From positions 179,428,001 through 179,492,000 of the forward strand of contig OZ024742.1 in the NCBI GenBank assembly GCA_964016885.1: 64,000 nt of DNA. Direction: 5' to 3'. The translations under genes were made by a program, and so were the position numbers. The DNA is from Eledone cirrhosa (lineage: Eukaryota). Positions within the stretch are counted from its first letter, which is position 1. Each line of letters begins with the position of its first letter. The notes under the pieces are model-generated. The model had not been told where the DNA came from and searched no databases. It saw only the letters and a program-made list of their open reading frames with translations. This document shows positions 53,231 through 64,000 of this stretch, piece after piece.

Positions 53231-54805
53231 GGTGGTGTCGAGCACCAGACACGTCCAGATGCTCGGCACCGCTCTCAAAGAATACGAAGCGGTGATAGGA
53301 GAAAAGATAAACCAGGAAAAGTCGGTGGGCTGGCAGCTCGGTACCTGGAGAGGCAAGTCCATGCCGTCCAACAGCGTCGTGGGGCGTTGGACGGACGGAC
53401 CGGTTAAATTGTTCGGGGTCTGGTTTGGACCGGACCTCCAGATGGAGAAAAACTGGAACGAGGTGACAAGCAAGGTGGCCCCCCTCACCCAGAAATGGGC
53501 CGAGAGGAAGCTGTCCCTGAAAGGCCGGGCGGAGGTGGCGAATGCGTACATCGCATCCGTCATCTGCTACCGTCTCACCGACGTCCCTTGCCCCGGCCCA
53601 ACTCTCACCAACTCTCGCCTCCTCTTCCGCTTTTTGTGGAAGGGACGCGCTCCCATGGTCAGACGATCCATCTGCTGTCAACACCCGTTGCGTGGAGGAC
53701 TGGGCATGCCATGGCTGATGATGCGCAAACATGCTCTGAGGCTGCGACATCTCTGGTGCTTCCTTGACGGTGAATAGGTGTGGTCGCCTTGACGGAGCTG
53801 CAGTCCTAGATTGGGTCAGAAAAAGACCGAGGGATAGCGCTTGGAAACTGGAATGTCTCCAGGCGCTCACTGCCCTCTGCCAGCTGGGCACCAGTATCTG
53901 TGGAACATCCACCTCGGCGTTCTATAGAGGACTAGTGGAGGGGAAGAGCGACGACGTTCTCGGAGAGATCCTGGGCGTCGAAGATCAGCTGTTTGCTCTC
54001 TTCCGGGGAACTTTCAGCCCAGGGCCTATGGATAACTTCCAAAAATCCCTGCCCTGGCAGTGCTACCGAAGAGCGCTGCCGGTTCGAGATAAGCTCTACA
54101 GGCACGGAAGTGCCGTCAACCGAGCCTGTCCGAGATGCGCGCAGAGCGACGAAACCGTCGTGCACGCATTCGTTCAGTGCCCCAGCATTGCTGACTTGTA
54201 TAGGAGTGATCCGGTTATTGACTGAGTCCATTGTGCAGATGATCTCGCCGTCTTCCTTCGAGGAGGAAGGGCAGGCGGTTTTCATCTGCCTGGTGGCCAT
54301 GGCGAAAGAGATTGTGTGGTGGACAAGGTTGAAAGGGTTAAAGACAGACACTTTCCTCTTCGACGAATCCCTAATTAACTTTTTCAAGTTTCACTTTAAG
54401 AGGAAAATTAGGGTGGAGAGGCAAGTGCTGCCTTCTAGCAAGTTTGTTGAACGGTGGGTGAATGTAGCGAGAATGGTCCGAGTGAACGGGAACACTCTGA
54501 ATATACGTCTGTAGTTTGAGAAATGGAAAAATTGAGAGAGGGAACTTGCCCTGGTGGTCAGGGTGGCCGTGGTCTTTTATGTGGTTTTCGCCACGAGTAA
54601 CCCTCGGAGGTTTCCCCCCTATTGAGGAATTTTTCATTGTTTCAATTTTCATTTTTGTTGTTTATATATATATATATGTTTTTTCTTTTCTTATAAGTAA
54701 TAAAAATATTTACACGCACAAAACCCACATCGTACTGTCCTGTACCATCCTGTGCCGTCTGTAATGTTTTTCTTGATGTCAGCCCCTGTGGCCAATAAAG
54801 AAATC
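53231..54805 (+). mobile_element. 5'-truncated L1/Tx1-clade LINE (ORF2 C-terminal part and 3' UTR)
   Basis: KINQEKS, KLFGVWFG, NW...W..RKLSLKGRAEVANAYIAS and the zinc knuckle CPRCAQSDETVVHAFVQC. Stop at 53775 and frameshifts; ORF2 ends at 54514; AATAAA at 54794, then (ATT)n. Confidence 0.9.
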
Positions 54806-54841
54806 ATTATTATTATTATTATTTTTATTAATAATAATAAT

Positions 54842-55047
54842 GGCGGTGGATTGGCAGTATCGGTAGAGGGTCGGACGCCATGCTTTGACGCATTGAGTTC
54901 CGGCCCTTGCCATTCTGAGTTCAAATCCTGCCGAAGTTAACTTTGTCTTTCATCCTTACGGGGTCGCTAAAATAAACTAGCAGTAATTTACTGGGTATTT
55001 GCTAGCCTTGTGCCAAAAAGTAGAAACAATTATTATTATTATTATTG
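54842..55047 (+). mobile_element. tRNA-derived SINE, copy 1
   Basis: A-box-like TGGCAGTATCGG, B-box GAGTTCAAATCC, body CTTTCATCCTTACGGGGTCG.TAAAATAAA, (ATT)n tail. Four related copies occur in the window. Confidence 0.88.
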
Positions 55048-55085
55048 ATAATAATATTCTTTCAGACACAGATATAGTAGACATG

Positions 55086-55126
<41 letters not shown>

Positions 55127-55357
55127 GAAACACACAGATACATGCGGACACACACATATATACATGAATGCATCCGCACCCAACTGTGAGTTAAGGGTGC
55201 CAACTTCACCGATGTTGCTCAATGAATGACTGGGACAGACCAATTCAGTTTGAACCAGACTGAACCAGTATCAGAGTTAAAAATACATTATGAAGAGAGA
55301 AGAAACATTTAGATATAATTAGTAATAAAATGTATCATACCTAAACTGTTCCTAAAT

Positions 55358-55445
55358 TCCTCGACTACGTAGTTTCGTGGCATAAACAAAAACAATATAT
55401 CAAAGATATAGAGTTCTTGTGAGGTCTGCCGACTTATCAAGAGGA
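55358..55445 (-). ncRNA. Type I hammerhead ribozyme, U3-A8 core variant (unit 1)
   Basis: Minus strand reads TCCTC-TTGATAA-GTCGGCA-(44 nt)-TGCCAC-GAAAC-TACGTA-GTC-GAGGA. Confidence 0.8.
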
Positions 55446-55948
55446 TACCTCATTTTACTAGTCTCAAGAACGCGTCTACACGACGTGAGAAAGAATCCCA
55501 AAAGGCGGAGGGGGAGACAGTCACGCGATATAACGGTCGAGAAACAGAGCTAAGCCTCTTATAACCACGAAGAAAATACCACGGAGGCGGAGGGGGTATT
55601 CATATCGAGGCCGTAGAAGAGGTAGTGAAGAAGGCGAGAAGTATGAGTAATGGAAGCTTTCCAGTTGTCCCCACACTTCAAAGATTGCTCGACCAGAGGG
55701 AGTTATTAATATATTTAGAAACACACAGATACATGCGGACACACACATATATACATGAATGCATCCGCACCCAACTGTGAGTTAAGGGTGCCAACTTCAC
55801 CGATGTTGCTCAATGAATGACTGGGACAGACCAATTCAGTTTGAACCAGACTGAACCAGTATCAGAGTTAAAAATACATTATGAAGAGAGAAGAAACATT
55901 TAGATATAATTAGTAATAAAATGTATCATACCTAAACTGTTCCTAAAT

Positions 55949-56036
55949 TCCTCGACTACGTAGTTTCGTGGCATAAACAAAAACAATATATCAAAGATAT
56001 AGAGTTCTTGCGAGGTCTGCCGACTTATCAAGAGGA
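55949..56036 (-). ncRNA. Type I hammerhead ribozyme, U3-A8 core variant (unit 2)
   Basis: Same fold 591 bp downstream. One substitution lies in the stem II loop. Confidence 0.8.
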
Positions 56037-56329
56037 TACCTCATTTTACTAGTCTCAAGAACGCGTCTACACGACGTGAGAAAGAATCCCAAAAGGCGGA
56101 GGGGGAGACAGTCACGCGATATAACGGTCGAGAAACAGAGCTAAGCCTCTTATAACCACGAAGAAAATACCACGGAGGCGGAGGGGGTATTCATATCGAG
56201 GCCGTAGAAGAGGTAGTGAAGAAGGCGAGAAGTATGAGTAATGGAAGCTTTCCAGTTGTCCCCACACTTCAAAGATTGCTCGACCAGAGGGAGTTATTAA
56301 TATATTTAGAAACACACAGATACATGCGG

Positions 56330-56408
<79 letters not shown>

Positions 56409-56667
56409 TAAAGTTAGTCCTTCATCAGTGATCTTCCAACCATCATTTGTATTCCATCGCTTTAAAGACCATATACCTCCGGTTGGTGCGAGCAACGGCT
56501 AAAAAAAGTCGTTGGGACACGTAAATAAAGGGGACACGAGTGTGTAAACAAACAAAGATGGTGAAGCAACGAAAAGTGAGGAAGAAGGAATCAAGTCCCA
56601 AATTTCTATGAATATAAGTTCGGTGAAATCATGAACGAGAGAGAATAAAGACCATATATATATATAC

Positions 56668-57085
56668 GGGATAACAGGTTATTGTTATAGGTAGTCCACT
56701 TAGATGTAGTTCAGTTAGAGTACTCCGTGTAGTGGATAGTATTAACGTGTGGCTTAGTTTGACTCGACAAGACGTTTCCATAGTGATGGAGTGAGTTCGC
56801 GGTGATTTCTATGTAGTTTATACTTGGAGTAATAATAATTCAAGAAAGAAGAGTGACATGGTTGGCTATACAATAAGGGCTTTTAAGCCATACCTTGAGT
56901 ATCTTCCTCACTTTCTCACGCTCTGATGAAAACGACTGGTTATAAACAAAGTATTGGAGATCGATTAACGCAACATCAAGCGACTAGTGAACTCTAGACC
57001 TACCAGATCAAAGAAACAATTGTCAGCAATGTGAATAAAGCCCTTATTGTATAGCAAACCAAGTCACTCTTCTTTCTTGAATTAT
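56668..57085. mobile_element. Penelope-like remnant with inverted arms, related to 48087-49140
   Basis: 56835-56883 is inverted at 57038-57085. The 5' part is homologous to 48087-48295. Confidence 0.6.
56917..57033 (+). ncRNA. Type I hammerhead, canonical CTGATGA core, 83-nt stem II
   Basis: CACGCT-CTGATGA (56923-56929)...CTGGT/ACCAG...GAAAC-AATT-GTC (57013-57024)-AGCaatGTG. Confidence 0.6.
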
Positions 57086-57294
57086 ATATATATATGATGA
57101 AACAATTGTTAATACGTGGATTAAATTCTTTTGTAACTGTTTACCTTCGTCCTATTTCTCTCTTCTTTGATTACACTCCTCATTTGTTCGTGTTTCCACT
57201 ACTGAATCCCTACCAACCTGTTGAGTCACCTTAACGTATGTTGAGAACTTTCCTCACAACTTGTTCTACCAAGCTTTGGAATACTCCTAATTAC

Positions 57295-57330
<36 letters not shown>

Positions 57331-58392
57331 CTCATGTACGTACACACAGTCAAATGTGTGTATATATATGTATATATATATATATATATATATAAAATAT
57401 CTGCAGTTGATTGACTTGAGGCGCCAGGGTAAAACCGAGAAAAACATGCTAAGTAACACTTAATATAATCTAAGTATATATATATATGTGCGTGTGTGTA
57501 TGTGTACATATATATATATGTGTGTGTGTATATATATATATATATATGTTAAGCATATATATATATATATATATGCTTAACATATGCATATAAAAATATA
57601 TATATATATGCATATATGCTTATATATATGTATACATATATGCATATATACATATATGCATATATGCATATATATATGAATATATATATATATACATATA
57701 TGTATGTATATGTATGTGCATATATAGATACATATAAGAGTATATTTTTTTATACAAACACACGCACACATATACATATACACACCCGCGCACACCCGCG
57801 CACACACGCACATATATATAAAATACATGAATATGGCGGGGGATGGCGAAGGGAAAGAGGTTGTATATTATCAGTAAAGAACAATATTGTGCCAGTGCTG
57901 GAAAATTCTGAAGACCTTTAAGTAATTCTTCAAAGGAAACAACTGAACTCATTCAATTATTCTTCTATAAAAGAATTCTAACGTAAACCAATGATAACAG
58001 AATGTTGATGGTTGAGTAACACACACACATACAAGCAAACTCACACTTACACATACACCTGTACCCACCACCACACACACATGTATAGATAGAGAGACAG
58101 ATATACATGTGCATATACACAAACACACACATATATATATATGTACACATACACACACGCACACATTTACACATATATATATATAGAGACAGAATTAGAA
58201 TTTAGCTTCGAGCATAGCTGTATACAGATATGTATTGGAATTTTCTATTTCTAAAAAAATACGGTATGTTTATAAATAAACATTTAGAAAGCCGTAGCTA
58301 TACAAAAGCACCGGCAGCTATCGCCACCTAGCGGTGTCCAGCAGAAGCAAGAGAAACAATCGTTGATGCATTACGAACTGAACTGGTACTCA

Positions 58393-58662
58393 TCAGGACG
58401 ATCCCTCCCGCTCGCTTTTGCAACTGCTAGAATTTGAAAACAGGCGAGAATATATAGTTTTCTCGTCTGTGTAAATGAGGTGATTAATCTCATTTGCCAA
58501 CTGATACAGCTTCATATTCAAAAGAACAAAACAAAGAAAAACACCAAGATCAACGGTTAGAGAGCCGTTGTACTGATTACCGACTTGTATAGCCATGAGA
58601 GGTGGGTTATTTACAGTCATCCCTTGATTTCTTGAGTTCTTCCACCAGCGCTGCCTTCGCAA
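58393..58662 (-). pseudogene. Possible highly decayed non-LTR reverse transcriptase fragment
   Basis: INHLIYTDEKTIYS resembles the INHLLYMDDLKLY motif of RLE-type retrotransposons. This is a single weak motif. Confidence 0.3.
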
Positions 58663-59027
58663 TCTCAGTTGAAGTAACTTTTTATCAATTATGATGCTCT
58701 TTAACAGACAGAGGGCGGCAATATCCAGGCCACGATTTTAAAGGCACACCTATGCTGATCAGGGCTCAGGGTGAAATCTTCATTGTCCAGCGCAACAGAA
58801 ACGCATTAAAATAAAGATACAAGGAATCACTGCAGAAATCCCATCAATCGCATCACTCGTCAGTGATCTGATATGACTTCTGATCGTACGACCTGATGAC
58901 ATACTTTCTACCAGCTTATTTCCTCTTTCGCAGAGTTAATGATAAAGGCAAAAGACGGTGTCAGATACGTGGCATAGCAACACTAAGCTCAGAACAGTAT
59001 TTTACTTGCAAAGTAAAATACTGTTAG

Positions 59028-59213
59028 GGCGGTGGATTGGCAGTATCGGTAGAGGGTCGGACGCCATGCTTTGACGCATAGAGTTACGGTCCTTGCCATT
59101 CTGAGTTCAAATCCCGCCGAGGTTAACTTTGCCTTTCATCCTTACGGGGTCGATAAAATAAAGTACCAGTAATGCACTGGGTAATTGCTGGCCTTGTGCC
59201 AAAAGTAGAAACA
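59028..59213 (+). mobile_element. tRNA-derived SINE, copy 2
   Basis: Full-length match to copy 1. A 19-bp duplication AGTATTTTACTTGCAAAGT lies at 58996-59014 and 59214-59232. Confidence 0.9.
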
Positions 59214-59941
59214 AGTATTTTACTTGCAAAGTGTAAGAGTTGAGGGCCGAAATACTCGCATGAGTGGGGTTTCTTCTCTGAAGGCCTTCTGCTGTCCAAC
59301 TCTGCTGGGAGTTTCTCACCACAAGTTTATAATTTGTTTACCGTTGCGTTTGCTCCATCTCAATATATAAATTATAGTGTAAGCAGGGTTAAGCAATCCT
59401 CGTCGGTTATGATATGGGATCACATATAGCTGAATTAGATTTCTTAATACATTATATATATTATATGAAGCCCTGTGAAATATGTAATTATAATTAAGGA
59501 TGAATTGGGAACCCCCGTCCAAATGCAATTAGGCAATATAACGGAGGAAATAGAGTAGAGTATGAATAACAAAACAAAACAATAGATTTTGTCGTGTATT
59601 TCATAATATTTTGAGGTTAGAACATCTTTATCAAATGAATAAAAACTCAAAGTATCTTGTTCTTACGTGATTGCTCGTTGGTGGAAAGGGGGCATGCGCA
59701 GACCAGTCATACCTTTCTATACTCTAGTTCCATCATTATGTTTCGTATTCGCATTATACCGATATTCCCAATACATTCTTTAATATATATATTCTTCCTC
59801 TATATCTCTTTCTCATTTCCTCTCTCTCTCACTTTCTATCTTTCTCTGGAAGAAATATTCTGTACTCAGACCTGGAGAAGGATGGGCTTCTCCAGGTTTA
59901 CAAAAATGCCCAAGAAACGCCGTATGTACATACATATACAT

Positions 59942-62319
59942 TAGGCATATGACTTTTTTACAACCCCATATGAGCATGCTATTTTCTAATGAGGTTTTTG
60001 TCACAAAGAAATAATTACAGTAGTTTTTTTGTAAATTTTGAAAAAAATTCTTGCACATACTAAATTATATTTTAATTTTTTTGGTAATTAGCCAGTCCCA
60101 TAAAATAAATACCTAAAACAATAAATTATGACAATAAAAAATTTATTTTAATTATTAGTTAAACAAAATTTAATCTCTAAGGTTCTATTACTTTTACAAA
60201 ATGGCAAAATGTCCTGCACAACTTTTACAGCTCGCTCAGCGCAAATGTTCGAGCGTTACGTCACAATTGGAGATTCTTCATTAGACCAACATTTTCTGAC
60301 GGTGTTTGCAGCCTTTTCACACTTGGCCTTAATTAGTTGGTCAATGAGTTTCTGCTTGCTGTCAGCTCTATACAGTTGACTGGAGAACCACATTTTCCCC
60401 CACATTCCGTAGATGTATTCAGCACCAGCGCGCAGCTTCGCTCGTTCAAATAAACCCAAGCAACAAATAAATTGCTCGGCTATTCCACCGAGCATTGTGC
60501 AAATTAGGTAATTTCTTAAAATTTATTTTAGGAAACGCACCGTTTTCAAAGAAATGTTGCACGGCTATCATGAGATGCTGAAGGAAATCCATGTCACTTC
60601 GCCAGCGCGTCGGGGTTTCATTAATTTCCGCCGTTCCATTTGAAAAGTTCTGCTTCAGTTCGTCATAGTTCTTTAAAATGGCCTCAACAAAGTAATAATT
60701 GATATATGGCGAAGTTGTTTTGCTACTATATAGTTGATCAAAATAAACTTTCAATGCACGGTCTAAAATGTGGTGCTGGCATCCAACATATAATGGTTTG
60801 CTGTAACTGCGACGCGCGAACTCACTGTTGAGCATGGCAACAACTCCTGCTTTTTTGCCGGTATTGACACTAGTTGTGTCGGAGACTATCATCACGATAG
60901 ATTCCCACAGTTCATATTTGTCAATAACTTCTTTCAATCCATTAAATATAGTAAGAGCCTTTCCATCAGTTAATGCCATCGGCCTCAGGCGTATTTCTTT
61001 CTCATCATTTTTTATCACTACAACCTGATATTCTACGTCTCTGAATCGTTTTCCATCAAAATGAAGGCTCTATTTTTCCCTTTTGAGTTCATTTTTCCAC
61101 TTTTCCATGAGTTTCTCACCTTCTCTGATAACTGCTTTGTGCACTGCCGACTGACTCGGGGTGCTCACCTTAATACCACCACTTTTAAATTCGTTGTAAA
61201 CTGTTGCTGCTTTTCTACTAGGTAATTTAGTATTTCTTACTAGGTTAACAGCATGAGCTGTGTTGTCTCTTTTTCGTTTTTTTTATGGTGAAGGTGAAGG
61301 TGAAGGTTTGTAATCGCTGGTATTTGTATCGGTGTAACTGTAACTTTTATTTGAGTCCAGATGAATGTATGAGCAGGATGGCTTATCATGATCTAGTTCT
61401 TGTTTTTTGTTTTTAATTCTCTTAGAAGGATGGATTTTCTTTTCACAGTCTATTTTCATTGTAGTATACCCAGCCTTTCCACAACTCTCAACTTGCTTTT
61501 CATAAAATGACAAATCTTCGGCTGCTAACCATATCCCATATCTTTTTGTAATGTCAAACAGATTATTGAAATTCGCAGAGTCAGGTCTTTTCACTTCTTT
61601 TTCCTTTTTTTTAAATTATTTTTTCAATTTTTCGAGGTATTGAAAGTTTGTTGATAGTTGGAAAGCTGAAGTTTTCCCACAAACTTTCACATTCTCCAGT
61701 AATTATCTTAATTATCTTTTTGTTATTTTTCTCTTCAGCAGCAAGAGTGATATATCTATCAACGATCTGTTACTCAGTAGGTAGCTTGCATAATTCGATT
61801 AATGAACTTTGAATTTTCGTTTTCCTAGATTTCTTTCTCTTCTCAAAATGACAACGATTTTGTGCCCAAATCTTTTTCCTTTCCTCTTTAGCAACTGGAT
61901 TTTTATACATCTGAAATTTATAATATTAATATAATATAATTATAAATATTAAAATATATTAATAAATATACCTCGCAAATTTTAATTTATTCTATTTATG
62001 TATTTTATGAATTTTATGAACAGATTAAACTGACAAATAAGTGATGAACAAGCAATAAAGTTGATCCATTAAACAATTTGAAGAAGAATACTATATTTTA
62101 TAAACTGTTAAATTGCACACTATATTTTTTTTTTATTACATACATTGTATATGCAATTCTATATTAATTAATCAATGTTAAAGAATCTACCTTGTGCAAG
62201 AGTTTTTGAAAATTCTAATATTTTTTAACACGCTCGCAAGTATTTTCCAGTAAAAGTTCATCTGAAAATGGCATGCTCATTTATTTTTTTAACAAAAGTG
62301 TACTTTAGTAATATGCCTA
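59942..62319 (-). mobile_element. Full-length hAT (hATm-like) DNA transposon, 2,378 bp
   Basis: TIRs TAGGCATAT(G/T)ACT plus subterminal ATGAGCATGC.ATTTTC..ATGA at both ends. Perfect 8-bp TSD ATATACAT at 59934-59941 and 62320-62327. Confidence 0.9.
60170..61910 (-). pseudogene. hATm-type transposase, frameshifted
   Basis: LHFDGK, SDTTSVNTGKKAGVV, YVGCQHHILD, LHNARW, MWFS and ERAVKVVQD motifs are spread over several frames. Ends approximate. Confidence 0.85.
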
Positions 62320-62631
62320 ATATACATGTCTCAGCCTTTAATGTTCTTTTGCATAAATTGATTTTCCACCTTGGGTCCAGTTTCCCTATTGGACTAAACT
62401 GCCCTCCACAATTTCTTTAATCTGTATTTACCCTTGCACACATATCCTCGTGCGTGCTTCTCTACCCCTAGCCAATGGCACCCCTATCTCGTCCGCTGTC
62501 ACTCGCGTGCACATTCACCCCATCAGTTTGCTACGGCTCTGTTACGGTCAGAAACACGCCCTGATAGCTTTCTACGGAACAACAAAAAAACTCGAGCAAA
62601 CACGCACATGCACACGCACACGAACACACAT

Positions 62632-62676
<45 letters not shown>

Positions 62677-63063
62677 CACACGCACAAAATAACGCACTTA
62701 GACACATACATATCCACTCTAAATAGAGAATGACTTTGAAAGCAGGCAAAAACAATTTGATACACAGGCCTCTACGGCTGACGACGGTATGTTTGTAATT
62801 AACATAGTATGCTGCCACACAAACTTGAATTGGAGAAGGGCACAGTCACCAAGATTATGAGTAACCTGAATCAGCGAAGATTCTGCAATGGGATATATAT
62901 GCATGGTTATTACTGAACTACAGCCTCACCTTATCGAAGCCAAACATCTCACTGGATGTGGTGAGGGAGACATCGCATCTATACCTAGAATGCCGCTAAT
63001 ACCAACAGATGTCCCCTTTCGTTTCAAATGATTGTAATTCCCAGTGAGAGTCAGTTACATAAT

Positions 63064-63250
63064 TGTTTCTACTTTAGGCACAAGGCCAGCAAATTACCCA
63101 GTGCATTACTGGTACTTTATTTTATCGACCTCGTAAGGATGAAAGGCAAAGTAAACCTCGGCGGGATTTGTAACTCAGAATGGCAAGGGCCGTAACTCTA
63201 TGCGTCAAAGCATGGCGTCCGACTCTCTACCGATACTGCCAATCCACCGC
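63064..63250 (-). mobile_element. tRNA-derived SINE, copy 3
   Basis: Reverse complement of copies 1 and 2. TSD ACATAAT at 63057-63063 and 63251-63257. Confidence 0.9.
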
Positions 63251-63491
63251 ACATAATGACCTTCAACAAGTCCCAAGGTTAAACCCTGTAGATTGTTGGT
63301 CTCCATCTAAAAGAAGGATGTTTCTCCCAAGGTCCATTGTATGTAGCTTATTCCAGACTAGGAAGACCCCACACAACACTCTGCATATATTTTCTAAAGA
63401 AAAAAGTTAAAAACATTGTATATACTGTAGTTCTGTAAATGTTTTATAAATTTCGTACAATGCATTTTTCTATTATTATTTTCTTTACTTT

Positions 63492-63584
63492 GGTTAACAT
63501 TGCCTTTCATCTTTACGGGGTCGATAAAATAAAGTACCAGTAATACACTGGTTAATTGCTGGCCCTGTGCCTAACGTAGAAACA
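63492..63584 (+). mobile_element. 5'-truncated SINE, copy 4
   Basis: 3' half of the same family. 17-bp TSD ATTATTTTCTTTACTTT at 63475-63491 and 63585-63601. Confidence 0.88.
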
Positions 63585-63791
63585 ATTATTTTCTTTACTT
63601 TATTATATATCACCTTTTCCGAAAATGGAATATATATATAGTCCAGAATTAGCCGTCGAAACGGCTTGAGCTCAGCCGTCGGGGTCTTACTGATTCCTAT
63701 TACCCACTCTACTACCCTAAGTATTGAGTACTTTGGTGCGTTATGGTCCACCTGGTTCCTTACCACATTTCCTTCGTTATATATATATATA

Positions 63792-63964
63792 TGAATATAG
63801 ACATAGAATATTCGAAAATATTCTGTATGTTTATAATAAACATTTTGAAGACCTAATCGCTATAGAATAGAATACGTCACGTATTCTATTCTATAGCGAT
63901 TAGGTCTTCAAAATGTTTATTATAAACATACAGAATATTTTCGAATATTCTATGTCTATATTCA
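63792..63964. repeat. Perfect palindrome with 86-bp arms and a 1-nt centre (MITE-like foldback)
   Basis: 63792-63877 is the reverse complement of 63879-63964; centre C63878; (TA)n flanks. Confidence 0.93.
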
Positions 63965-64000
63965 CATATATATCGCTATTTCAGAGCATTTATTCCAATT

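Larger units (their letters stand above)
55121..56340 (-). mobile_element. 591-bp head-to-tail tandem repeat (~2.06 units), retrozyme-like or tandem pLTR
   Basis: TATTTAGAAACACACAGATACATGCGG recurs at 55121, 55712 and 56303. Units are nearly identical, (TA)n lies on both sides, and each unit holds one hammerhead. Confidence 0.8.

Noticed and set aside
54842-54935. tRNA gene
   Set aside because: The A/B boxes belong to a SINE head that continues into a shared body and tail with TSDs in other copies. No full cloverleaf is evident.
56405-56432. Minus-strand CTGATGAAGGACT
   Set aside because: Only a 5' half-core running into (TA)n, so no ribozyme can be folded. Probably PLE debris.

Overview
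Repeat-only eukaryotic window with no supportable host gene. The SINE family, Penelope debris and (TA)n/(CA)n density suggest a mollusc, possibly an octopod (inference). Bases 1-46200 are a compound satellite block. An AT-pentamer tract, a short linker and about 16 copies of a 25-bp unit occur twice in direct orientation. These two modules bracket a ~44.4-kb, strand-asymmetric array of 20-bp monomers that shows ordered variants, layered domains and kb-scale higher-order duplications. All ORFs called there are artefacts of the repeat. Bases 46200-64000 are a transposon graveyard: Penelope-like pLTR remnants, a GIY-YIG fragment, a mariner relic, an L1/Tx1 3' fragment, four tRNA-SINE copies, a full-length decayed hATm element with an 8-bp TSD, and an 86-bp-arm palindrome. 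The most notable hidden signal is a cluster of type I hammerhead-ribozyme folds, all folded by eye and untested. A 591-bp head-to-tail dimer (retrozyme-like) carries in each unit an intact-looking hammerhead with the U3-A8 compensatory core and a palindromic stem III. A second family has an unusually long (~80-nt) stem II.
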